Source: Elusimicrobiota bacterium | GTDB lineage: Bacteria > Elusimicrobiota > Elusimicrobia > Elusimicrobiales > UBA9959 | Length of the DNA stretch: 64,000 nt | NCBI GenBank assembly: GCA_036574205.1 | Contig: JAINCQ010000037.1 | Span: 19,541-83,540, forward strand | Direction of reading: 5' to 3' | Part shown: positions 37,314 through 46,139 of the stretch, in pieces | How the letters are laid out: each line of letters begins with the position of its first letter | How positions within the stretch are numbered: position 1 is the first letter of the stretch | Program-made: the position numbers and the translations under genes | Notes under the pieces: model-generated | Told to the model about the DNA's origin: nothing | Databases searched by the model: none | Seen by the model: only the letters and a program-made list of their open reading frames with translations

Positions 37314-37616
37314 TTACCCCTTTAAGTTCATCAGTTTTTTAATATCTACACTTTGATTTAAGTTATAGGATTTTACAACAAGAGCAAGACCGCTTGCTAT
37401 CACTACAACCTCAACCAGTATCATAACTATTATTATATTCTGGGCAAGGTTTATATTATTGGTTGCCTGTCCAGCCGTAATTACCGCTATAAGAGAAGAT
37501 TTTGATATTATCTCAAAGCCTATAAGAAGTTTTATAATATTTCTTGAAACTGTCATGCAATAGGCGCCTATAAAAAAAAGTATTATCACAAAAAACCAGT
37601 CAAGAGGAAAATTCAT
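37314..37616 (-). CDS. NuoK/MrpC/MbhG-like membrane subunit
   Basis: 100-aa ORF with 3 TM helices and conserved membrane-embedded Glu residues (GFEIISK..., VEVVV). Confidence 0.65.
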   Translation of the reverse strand: MNFPLDWFFVIILFFIGAYCMTVSRNIIKLLIGFEIISKSSLIAVITAGQATNNINLAQNIIIVMILVEVVVIASGLALVVKSYNLNQSVDIKKLMNLKG

Positions 37617-38131
37617 TATTTTACCTCCTTTGTAAATATATGCTTTATTACAAAAACACTTGCCGCAAGGAGTGTTAACTGTCCTATTATGTCAACTCCC
37701 CTATAAATCCATATAAATTTTCCAAGAGGGTCTTGATTGGAAGTATTAAAGGTTGAATATTTAAGTAGTTTTGAAAAATATTCTGGAACAAAAATAGATG
37801 TAGCTATAATAAATCCTACAAGAATAATCGGAAAAACAATATATTTTACCCTGTTTTCCTTTAAAGATTCTTCATCATTCTTAATTAAGTTAACTGCGCT
37901 TATAAATAATACAGTTATAAGCCCGGCGCAGACCGAAAGTTCAAAAACTGCCGCCCACGGAGCTGAATACGCGAAAAGCAATATGGAGACTCCTATGCTT
38001 AGAACTGCAAGCATTATTGCCGAATTTATCAATTTTTTTGAAATAACACTTGCAGCAGCTGCAACAATTATTATAAAAAATATTAGAAGATAGTATATCA
38101 TTAATCCTCCATTAAATCGGTATTTTTTCAA
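37616..38131 (-). CDS. NuoJ/MrpB-like membrane subunit (MbhD/E equivalent)
   Basis: 171-aa ORF. The N-terminal half resembles NuoJ (NSAIMLAVLSIGVSILLFAYSAPWAAVFELSVCAGLITVLFISAV). The C-terminus has the YRGVDIIGQ motif seen in MnhB-type proteins. Confidence 0.55.
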   Translation of the reverse strand: MKKYRFNGGLMIYYLLIFFIIIVAAAASVISKKLINSAIMLAVLSIGVSILLFAYSAPWAAVFELSVCAGLITVLFISAVNLIKNDEESLKENRVKYIVFPIILVGFIIATSIFVPEYFSKLLKYSTFNTSNQDPLGKFIWIYRGVDIIGQLTLLAASVFVIKHIFTKEVK

Positions 38132-39512
38132 GATACAAATATATTTTATTGAAGAATAATCCTGTTATTATTATAAAAAAGCTTATTATAACTACAGGAA
38201 TTAGAAGTTGAAATTTTGCTTCTTTAATATCTTGAAATTTTTCAGGCAATTTTCCAAAAAAAACCTTTTTTTGCATTATCATAAAATAAGCAAGGGTTAC
38301 TATGCTAAAAATAAGTGCGGATGTTGCATAATAAACATTTCCTTTTTCCCATAAAGCTATTATAATAATCAGCTTACTCCAGAACCCTGAAAGAGGAGGA
38401 ACTCCGGCGGTTGAAAGAAGCGCTACTATTGATGTCCAGGATGTATATGGCATTCTATGTTCCAATCCCTTTAACTCATCCATGTTGGTGGTTTGAGTTG
38501 CTTTTTCAACGCAGGCAGAATTTAAAAATAAAACAGTTTTAAAAGTAGCATGGTTTATAAGATGAAAAACAGCAGCCATAATTCCAAGCGGTGTAAAAGT
38601 CCCCGTTGCCATTATTATGTATCCCATCTGGCTTATACTTGAATATGCAAGCATTCTCTTAAAGTCTCTTTGAACAATTGCACCAACTGCACCAAGTATT
38701 ACTGATAAAAGTCCAGTAAATAAAAGCAAGGATGAAATTTTTGATATGATTGGAGAATTTGAAATCATTATGGATATTTTGATTATGGCATATATCCCAC
38801 CTACTTTTGTTATTATACCTGCAAGATATGCCGAAATTGGTGAAAATGCTCCTTGATATACATCAGGGGTCCAAAAGTGAAAAGGTGCGATTCCTGATTT
38901 TATAAGAAAACCAATTATTATAAGCGAAAATGCTATTATGGAAAGAAAATTAATATTTGTGAATTTGATGATCTCAAATCCAAACCCACCGTAATTCAAC
39001 ATTAAAAGAGATATTCCGAATATTATTAAAACAGAAGCTGGAAAGGTAAGAAAGAAATATTTTATTGCAGCTTCTACTGAAATATTTTTGCTATTTGAGG
39101 TAATGAGAGCAAAAGAACATACACTTAAAGCTTCCATAAAAATATATAAAGTAAAGAAATCCCTTGACATAACAAGGGAACACATTGCTGAAACAGAAAT
39201 AAGTATCAAAGAATAATAAGACACTACATTTGTTTCTTTTTCAACATCATAGTAGGTGGAGAAAAAAACTATTGCCAGTGCCACAAGATATATTATGAAT
39301 ATCATTGCTAAAGTTAAGGCATCATAAGTAAAAGTGGAATAATTCATTTTTATTACATAATAAAAAAGAATATATCCAACATTTATTAATCCGCTTAAAA
39401 GTGCGACATTCGCAAATATTTCTGTTATCCTTTTGCTTTTTCTTGATATAAAAGGAATAGCAAGCGCAGAAAATAGCGGAATTAAATTATAAGAAAGGAA
39501 ATCTGTTACCAT
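38112..39512 (-). CDS. Antiporter-like subunit (NuoN/MrpD-like)
   Basis: 466-aa polytopic ORF with APFHFWTPDVYQGAFSPISAYL and MLAYSSISQMGYI motifs. Confidence 0.8.
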   Translation of the reverse strand: MVTDFLSYNLIPLFSALAIPFISRKSKRITEIFANVALLSGLINVGYILFYYVIKMNYSTFTYDALTLAMIFIIYLVALAIVFFSTYYDVEKETNVVSYYSLILISVSAMCSLVMSRDFFTLYIFMEALSVCSFALITSNSKNISVEAAIKYFFLTFPASVLIIFGISLLMLNYGGFGFEIIKFTNINFLSIIAFSLIIIGFLIKSGIAPFHFWTPDVYQGAFSPISAYLAGIITKVGGIYAIIKISIMISNSPIISKISSLLLFTGLLSVILGAVGAIVQRDFKRMLAYSSISQMGYIIMATGTFTPLGIMAAVFHLINHATFKTVLFLNSACVEKATQTTNMDELKGLEHRMPYTSWTSIVALLSTAGVPPLSGFWSKLIIIIALWEKGNVYYATSALIFSIVTLAYFMIMQKKVFFGKLPEKFQDIKEAKFQLLIPVVIISFFIIITGLFFNKIYLYLEKIPI

Positions 39513-41395
39513 TTTATCCCTCCAAGATATATTAGATATATTGCTACAAACAGGAATATAAAAAACATATAGAGTGAATAACTTCCAGTATGAAGTTTTG
39601 AAATCTTATCACCGCTCCACACAGCAATCGCTGATGGAATATCATCTATAAGTTTGTCAAATCCTCTATCTACTTTGAATAAGAGTTTAGAAAACCAGGC
39701 GAAGAACTTTCTGAATATCTCATAAAGATCAAAAAAACCTTTCTCAGCCATATCATATATTTCCTTTAATATTGGGGCATGATGTATATGATCTGAAGCT
39801 TTATAAGACTTTCCTGATAACTTAAAGCCGATTATATGATTTGATACTGCTATTATAACTACTACCAGGAAAATAAGGAACATATTATCAAAATGAAAAC
39901 CACTTAATTCCTCTCTTGGGTAAAATCCAATGAGGGAAAAGAGAGAAGGAACTATGAACTTAGAGATAGGCAGATGAGCACCAAATCCAAAAATAATGCA
40001 TAATGCGCTTAAAGCGATCATTGATATAATCATAGAATAAGGAGCTTCTTTTGTGTCTTTTAAGTTTTCAGGTAGTTTTCCAAAAAATACGCTATGTCCT
40101 AATTTTAAGAATGAGGCAAGTGTGAGTATAGAGCCTATCTCTGCAGCATAGAAAAATATATTATATCCGCTTAATAATGCACCTTTATAAACAAGTTCTT
40201 TTGAAAAAAATCCGTTAAGAGGGGCTATACCGGAAATTGCCGCAGCGGCTATAAGATAACTTATCGCAGTTACTGGCATTTTTGAAAAGAGCCCCCCTAA
40301 TTTTGAAAGTTCGGTTGTTCCTGTTTGTTTCTCTACAGCACCTGCGGTCATAAACAAGCAGGATTTATATATAGCATGATTTATCATATGAAATAGACCA
40401 CCTACTATTCCTATAGGATTGAGAGTTCCTATTCCAAGAACCATATATCCAGTCTGGCTGACAGCATGATATGAAAGAAGTCTTTTATAATCTGTCTGTA
40501 TAAGAGCCATCATAACCGCTATTATTATTGTCAAAGCACCTATTGTCATAAGGATTATTTGCATTATGGTATTTAATTGATATAAATAAAGGCTTATTCT
40601 TGCAAAAAAGTATATTCCAAGTAGTTTATCAACTGCAGCCGGTACAAAAGCCATAAATGCCGCATTTGAGTTTAATGCTGCATCTGGTATCCAGGTATGA
40701 AATGGAAAAGCTCCGGCTTTTGTTAAAGCACCTATTAAAAGCATAACATATGCTATTGTCCCCCACCCACTTAGAATAAGCCTATTAGAATTTATTTCGG
40801 ACATTGAAAATGTGTCTGTTATGTATCCAACAATAATTATTCCTATCATCATGGCTATATCGCTTATTCCATTTATTAAAAATGTTTTAAGCGCAGTTTG
40901 CCTTGTTTGAGTTGAGTTTCCGGAAATAAATATATAAAGATATAGAAGTATAACCATTGACTCCCAGAAAAACAACATTGACAACATGTTATCGCTTGTA
41001 GCCGAACCAGCCGCCGCGGCCTGGGTCATTAAAAGCAAAAAGTAAAAAATCTTTGATGAACCACGATTTGGCGTAGATATTCCATATATTGAGATAAGTA
41101 GTGAAAAGATACTGACTGAAACAAGGATGAATGCGGAGATAGCATCTACCCTGAAACTAAGCATAGAAAAACTACCTAACCATTTAAACTTACATAAAGC
41201 CATTCCTTCTCCAGTGCCTGATATTTTAAGTAAAACGATCGCAGCTAAAAGAGAAACAAAGGATACCATAATCGCTACAGTTTCTTTTAGATATTTTGTT
41301 TTATCTGATATCAGAAGTATTAATATCGCTGATATCAGAGGAAGAAGAATCGGTATCATAATAAGGTCTGTGATTTGTGAATTAAATATGTTCAT
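39506..41395 (-). CDS. Antiporter-like subunit (NuoL/MrpA-like, long form)
   Basis: 629-aa polytopic ORF with FPFHTWIPDA, LLSYHAVSQTGYMVLG and a C-terminal extension carrying further helices. Confidence 0.8.
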   Translation of the reverse strand: MNIFNSQITDLIMIPILLPLISAILILLISDKTKYLKETVAIMVSFVSLLAAIVLLKISGTGEGMALCKFKWLGSFSMLSFRVDAISAFILVSVSIFSLLISIYGISTPNRGSSKIFYFLLLMTQAAAAGSATSDNMLSMLFFWESMVILLYLYIFISGNSTQTRQTALKTFLINGISDIAMMIGIIIVGYITDTFSMSEINSNRLILSGWGTIAYVMLLIGALTKAGAFPFHTWIPDAALNSNAAFMAFVPAAVDKLLGIYFFARISLYLYQLNTIMQIILMTIGALTIIIAVMMALIQTDYKRLLSYHAVSQTGYMVLGIGTLNPIGIVGGLFHMINHAIYKSCLFMTAGAVEKQTGTTELSKLGGLFSKMPVTAISYLIAAAAISGIAPLNGFFSKELVYKGALLSGYNIFFYAAEIGSILTLASFLKLGHSVFFGKLPENLKDTKEAPYSMIISMIALSALCIIFGFGAHLPISKFIVPSLFSLIGFYPREELSGFHFDNMFLIFLVVVIIAVSNHIIGFKLSGKSYKASDHIHHAPILKEIYDMAEKGFFDLYEIFRKFFAWFSKLLFKVDRGFDKLIDDIPSAIAVWSGDKISKLHTGSYSLYMFFIFLFVAIYLIYLGGIKW

Positions 41396-42822
41396 GGTAT
41401 ATTACTCCCCATATACATTATCTGGGCTGTCAACTCCGCATAAGCATAAGGGTAGGTTATGAATATTCCAAGAACCAACCCGACAAAAGATAAAAACAAA
41501 ACTGAAGCCACCATTGTGGAAGAGCCTTCTGATGGGGCATTCATCTTTTCGTTTCCAAGAAATATTTTATAGAAAAGACGTGTAAGATAAAGCATGGTGA
41601 GAATTGCGCCTATAAAAAATACAAAAGATATTACTATATCGTTTGTTTCTACCGCTCCCTTAAAGACAAGAAATTTTGCAAAAAATCCTCCAAATGGTGG
41701 TAATCCCATTACAGAAAACGATGAAAGAGCAAAGGCAAGAGCAGTAAGCGGCATTGTTTTAATAAGCCCTCCCATTTTTGTAATGTCTTTTGTATGAGTT
41801 TTTTGCTCTATTATACCAGCACAGAGGAACAACCCTGCTTTTGCCATGCTATGCATTAGAATATAAAGAAGGCCTCCTGTAAAAGCCAGTTTAGATCCGC
41901 TTGCCAGTCCCAGAAATATAAATGAAAGCTGGCTTATTGTTGAATATGCTATTATTCTTTTAATATCATTATCTATTAAGGCAGCTGCGCCTGAGACAAG
42001 AGCTGTTAATCCAGTTATTGCAAGGACCATATAATTGAAGTTCTCAGGTGTTATAAATACTGTTCCAAAAAGCTTAGCATAAACAAAAGTTCCTATTTTA
42101 ACAAGCACAGCAGCATGAAGTAATGCGGTAACGGTTGAAGGTGCTACACCTGCATCTGGAAGCCAGGTTGAAAATGGCAGTATTGCAGATTTGGAAAATA
42201 TACCGCATAATATTAAGAGGGCAGGAAGCATTGCTATTTCCTTTGATTTTAGCTCGGAGATATTTAATGTCTGGTTTGCGGCATAAATATATATTATTCC
42301 TATAAGCATTAATATCGCTCCAAATACAGTAACAAGTATTGTCTTATTAGCTTTTATAACATCTTTGTCGCTTCTGAAAAAACCAACCAATCTCCATGAG
42401 GCAAAAGCTGTCAGTTCCCAAAAAACATACATCCATATAAGATTATCCGAATAAACAAGTCCCATCATAGAACCCATAAAAAGTATAACCATGACATAAT
42501 ATTCTGTCTGATTTTCGTAGTGAGATATATAATCTATTGAGTATATCACTATTATAAGGCTTGTAAGTGATGAAATGGTGGCCATAAGAGCTGAAAGTGG
42601 ATCAAGACGGAATGCAAAGTCAAAACTCATAGGAAAACTTATGAGATATTTTGCTCCATCTATAAACGCGCTTTGCATTAAAGCGCAGTTTAAAATAAAT
42701 GTGATAGCGGTTATTAAAACGGTTATGGCGTTTCTTAAATCCTTTGATATTTTGTTAAAAAAAGGAAGCGTAAAAGACCCCACAACCGGTATAAGAACAG
42801 CCATCAAAACAGTTTTATCCAT
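41392..42822 (-). CDS. Antiporter-like subunit (NuoM/MrpD-like)
   Basis: 476-aa polytopic ORF with WELTAFASW, LPFSTWLPDAGVAPSTVTALLHAAVLVKIG and IIAYSTISQLSFI motifs. It is the first gene of the hydrogenase operon. Confidence 0.8.
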   Translation of the reverse strand: MDKTVLMAVLIPVVGSFTLPFFNKISKDLRNAITVLITAITFILNCALMQSAFIDGAKYLISFPMSFDFAFRLDPLSALMATISSLTSLIIVIYSIDYISHYENQTEYYVMVILFMGSMMGLVYSDNLIWMYVFWELTAFASWRLVGFFRSDKDVIKANKTILVTVFGAILMLIGIIYIYAANQTLNISELKSKEIAMLPALLILCGIFSKSAILPFSTWLPDAGVAPSTVTALLHAAVLVKIGTFVYAKLFGTVFITPENFNYMVLAITGLTALVSGAAALIDNDIKRIIAYSTISQLSFIFLGLASGSKLAFTGGLLYILMHSMAKAGLFLCAGIIEQKTHTKDITKMGGLIKTMPLTALAFALSSFSVMGLPPFGGFFAKFLVFKGAVETNDIVISFVFFIGAILTMLYLTRLFYKIFLGNEKMNAPSEGSSTMVASVLFLSFVGLVLGIFITYPYAYAELTAQIMYMGSNIP

Positions 42823-42905
42823 ATATACCTCTCAAGCTAAGTTTTAAATTTATTTTAACAAAAATTTTTTTTAAAAAAAATTAACAATTCTAAAAATAAA
42901 ATTAA

Positions 42906-44552
42906 TCATGCTAATATTAAAACAAAAAAAGGAAGATCAGTTAAAAACTCCGATAAGAGTATATCTGGTGTTTTTTTCTTTTTAAGTGCATATATTAGAA
43001 GAATGTAATATACAGGCAAAATTATAATAAATAAATTAAGCTTTATATAAAACATTATTGATGAGATGAGGATTACAAAAACTAATACATTAATTAGCAT
43101 AAAAGTTTTTTCCTCTCCAATTGCTGAATATATATTTTCATTTGATATTATCATATCATTATATTTCTGGAAAACACTTATTAAAACGCTTCTTAGAGTG
43201 GATACGACAAACACAAATAGGAAGGTAAGATAAAAAACTTTTGATCCGATCTTCCCGCATGATATTGCTGGAATAAATGTTGTCATATAGCACCATCCAA
43301 AAGCTATGAACATATCTTTTATACCCGGGATTTTTATTTTGTTTTTAATCTCTTTATATTTTACTCCCGCAAAAATAAAAATAAAAATCAAAAAAGAATA
43401 AAACACTCCTTTGGTGGTAGATATTGCAATTGAGATAAAAATTAAAAGATACGAGAAGTATTTTATCTCTTTTGAATATTTAAGAAAAATCATTTTTTTT
43501 ATATTATCTTCTAAAAATTCTTTTTCAAGGTTTCTATTTATTATGTGAATTACCATAACTGATATCGCAATTGCAGATGCAAGAGGAAATTCAATATGGT
43601 TTTTAAAAGATTTATATACGAGGGAAATCAGACCAAATGCGGCGAAACCGGTAAATATTCCAGTTGAAACAAGAACCCTGAATAATTTAATAAATTTTTT
43701 TTCCCTAAATACCATTTCTTTTATTTTCTTTTCTACTCTTTCAATCATCCATCCAGGGGTTGATGCGCCTGCTGTTATAAAAAGCAGATTTACATTCTCA
43801 AATATTTCTGGAGTTATCTCATTTTCATTTTCAACAAGAATTGATTTTTTGGAAAGGGTTTTCGTTATCTGGTAAAGCCTTTGTGTATTAGCTGAGTGTT
43901 TGCCCCCTATTATTATTACAAGATCTGAAATTCTGGAAAACTCAATTGTTTCTTTTTGTCTTAATTTTGTTGGCGTGCATATGGTATTTGAAATAATAAG
44001 TTCTGAAACCTTTGTCCTTATTATCTTCACAATTTTGAAGAATAATTCTTCTTCCTGAGTTGTTTGAGAGACAAGATTTGCTTTTTCTATGTTTGGCAAT
44101 CTTCTGGCATCTTCTTCAGATGTTATTATAAAATAGTTTTCACCTGCATATCCTTTAAGCCCTATAACCTCAGCATGTTCAGGATCTCCAAGTATTATAG
44201 TTGTATATCCTTTTTTAGAATATTTTGTTATTGTGTTATGAACATTTTTAACAAGAGGACAGGTAGCATCTACAACCTCTATGCCCGAGTTTCTGATTTC
44301 TTCTTCAATTTTTGGAGGTACACCATGCGCCCTTATAACAAGTATAGAGTTTTTCGGATCTTTTATTTCTTTTATATCATTGATTGACTCAATCCCGCGT
44401 TCTTTCAGGTTTTTTATAACATCATTGTTGTGAATTAATGGACCGAAAGTATAAATTTTTTTGGTTGTTTTTTGCGAAAGTTCTATTACCTTCTTTATAG
44501 CATCGTTAACCCCTGGACAGAATCCAGCGTTTTTTGCAACTATAATCTTCAC
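42906..44552 (-). CDS. ispH: IspH (HMBPP reductase) fused to a ~260-aa polytopic membrane domain
   Basis: 548-aa ORF. About the first 280 aa are a complete IspH with three cluster cysteines (GFCPGV, ATCPLV, NTICTPT) and the SANTQRL motif. Seven or eight predicted TM helices follow, in a distantly UbiA-like motif arrangement (IINRNLEKEFLED; KYKEIKNKIKIPGIKD; KYNDMIISNENIYSAIG). Confidence 0.75.
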   Translation of the reverse strand: MKIIVAKNAGFCPGVNDAIKKVIELSQKTTKKIYTFGPLIHNNDVIKNLKERGIESINDIKEIKDPKNSILVIRAHGVPPKIEEEIRNSGIEVVDATCPLVKNVHNTITKYSKKGYTTIILGDPEHAEVIGLKGYAGENYFIITSEEDARRLPNIEKANLVSQTTQEEELFFKIVKIIRTKVSELIISNTICTPTKLRQKETIEFSRISDLVIIIGGKHSANTQRLYQITKTLSKKSILVENENEITPEIFENVNLLFITAGASTPGWMIERVEKKIKEMVFREKKFIKLFRVLVSTGIFTGFAAFGLISLVYKSFKNHIEFPLASAIAISVMVIHIINRNLEKEFLEDNIKKMIFLKYSKEIKYFSYLLIFISIAISTTKGVFYSFLIFIFIFAGVKYKEIKNKIKIPGIKDMFIAFGWCYMTTFIPAISCGKIGSKVFYLTFLFVFVVSTLRSVLISVFQKYNDMIISNENIYSAIGEEKTFMLINVLVFVILISSIMFYIKLNLFIIILPVYYILLIYALKKKKTPDILLSEFLTDLPFFVLILA

Positions 44553-44554
44553 TG

Positions 44555-45760
44555 TTAGATTATTCCCAATTTTTTACCTATTTTTATAAACTTTGATATC
44601 GCAAATTCAAGATCTTTTATGGTGTGTCCGGCGGTGACTATAGTCCTTAGTCTTTCTTTCCCTTTTGGAACAGTTGGATATACTATTGAAAGAGCAAAAA
44701 CACCTTCTTCAAAAAGCATATTTGAAAATTTAGTTGCCTTTAAACTATCTTTTACCATTATTGGAGTAATTGGGGTTATGCTTTCACCGGTGTCAAATCC
44801 AGCTTTTTTTAATTCTTCTTTAAAGAATTTTGTATTTTCCCATAGTCTATTAAGATACTTAGGTTCATTTAATAATATGTCAAGTATTTTTAGGCAGGTT
44901 GCTGCAACTGACGGTGGTTGAGAGCTTGAAAATAAAAACGGTCTTGCTACAGATCCTAAATAATCTCTCAATTTCTTTGTTGTAGCCGCGTATCCTCCAA
45001 CAGCTGCAAAAGCTTTGGATAATGTTCCAATTTGTATTTCAACTTTTCCGTCAAGATTGTAATAATTTACCGTTCCCCTTCCTTGTTTCCCTATAACACC
45101 GCTTGCATGAGCGTCATCAACCATTACAATAGCGTCGTATCTGTTTGCCAATTTTACTATCTCAGGCAATGGAGCAATGTCTCCATCCATAGAAAAAACG
45201 CCGTCTGTAACTATTAATTTCCTTTTAGCTTTTTTTGATTCTTCGCTTTCAAGTATTTCCTTTAAATGAGCCACATCTTTGTGTCTATAAATTTTTCTTG
45301 GGGCCTTTGCCAATCTTGCTCCATCTATTATTGAAGCGTGATTCAGTTCATCTGAAATTAGAAGATAATTTTCGTCATTCATTAGGGTTTGACATACAGC
45401 CACATTGGTAGTAAAACCTGACTGAAACAATATAGAATCTTCAGTATTCTTAAATTTTGCAAATCTTTTTTCAAGTTCTCTATGTATTTCCATTGTTCCT
45501 ATTATGGTTCTTACAGCTGCGCTTCCAACCCCGTATTTTTTTATTGCTTCAATCGCCGCTTTTTTGACAAGAGGATTGTCAGCCATAGCAAGATAGTTAT
45601 TTGATGAAAGATTTATAACTTTTTTTGAGTCAATAATGGATACTGGCTTTTGCGCGGAGTTAAGGATTCTTGGAGTTATAAATCTATTTTCTTTTTTTAG
45701 GGTATTTATTTCCTCATCAATAAACTCTAGCTTCTTTGATATTTCATTTTGAATTTTCAT
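44555..45760 (-). CDS. Alpha-oxoamine synthase family enzyme (glycine C-acetyltransferase Kbl / 8-amino-7-oxononanoate synthase type)
   Basis: Motifs: NNYLAM, LNHASIIDG, DGVFSMDGDIAPL, VDDAHASG, and the PLP lysine in GTLSKAF. The ORF track starts at 45784. I prefer the ATG at 45760, which has AAGGAGG 4 nt upstream. Confidence 0.75.
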   Translation of the reverse strand: MKIQNEISKKLEFIDEEINTLKKENRFITPRILNSAQKPVSIIDSKKVINLSSNNYLAMADNPLVKKAAIEAIKKYGVGSAAVRTIIGTMEIHRELEKRFAKFKNTEDSILFQSGFTTNVAVCQTLMNDENYLLISDELNHASIIDGARLAKAPRKIYRHKDVAHLKEILESEESKKAKRKLIVTDGVFSMDGDIAPLPEIVKLANRYDAIVMVDDAHASGVIGKQGRGTVNYYNLDGKVEIQIGTLSKAFAAVGGYAATTKKLRDYLGSVARPFLFSSSQPPSVAATCLKILDILLNEPKYLNRLWENTKFFKEELKKAGFDTGESITPITPIMVKDSLKATKFSNMLFEEGVFALSIVYPTVPKGKERLRTIVTAGHTIKDLEFAISKFIKIGKKLGII

Positions 45761-46139
45761 TATTCCTCCTTGATAAAACCGCATTATTTATAGTTTTCAT
45801 CAAATCATCCAGGTTAAAAGGTTTTTGGACTATTTCATAAGCTCCGCTCATCTTTGCTATGCCTTTTTCAAACTGAGTGTCTCTAGAGGTTATTATTATA
45901 ATTATTGGTGGATTTTTAAGAGAGCTTGTTATTTGATGCGTTAAATGATATCCATCCATATAAGGCATCATTACATCTACAAGTATAACATCAAATGTTT
46001 TTTCACTAGCCACTCTAAGCGCATCTCTGCCATTGTTAACTACCTCGCATTCATGCCCCATAGATAAAAAATATGATTTAAGAAGATCTGTTATATCAGT
46101 TTCATCGTCTGCTACAAGAATTTTTAATCTATTTTCCAT
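45744..46139 (-). CDS. Stand-alone response-regulator receiver (CheY-like) domain
   Basis: 131-aa ORF with ILVADDE, DVILVDVMMPYMDGY, TSRD and K(P)F motifs, and no output domain. It overlaps the dnaE 3' end by 16 nt and the downstream gene start by 17 nt. Confidence 0.8.
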   Translation of the reverse strand: MENRLKILVADDETDITDLLKSYFLSMGHECEVVNNGRDALRVASEKTFDVILVDVMMPYMDGYHLTHQITSSLKNPPIIIIITSRDTQFEKGIAKMSGAYEIVQKPFNLDDLMKTINNAVLSRRNNENSK

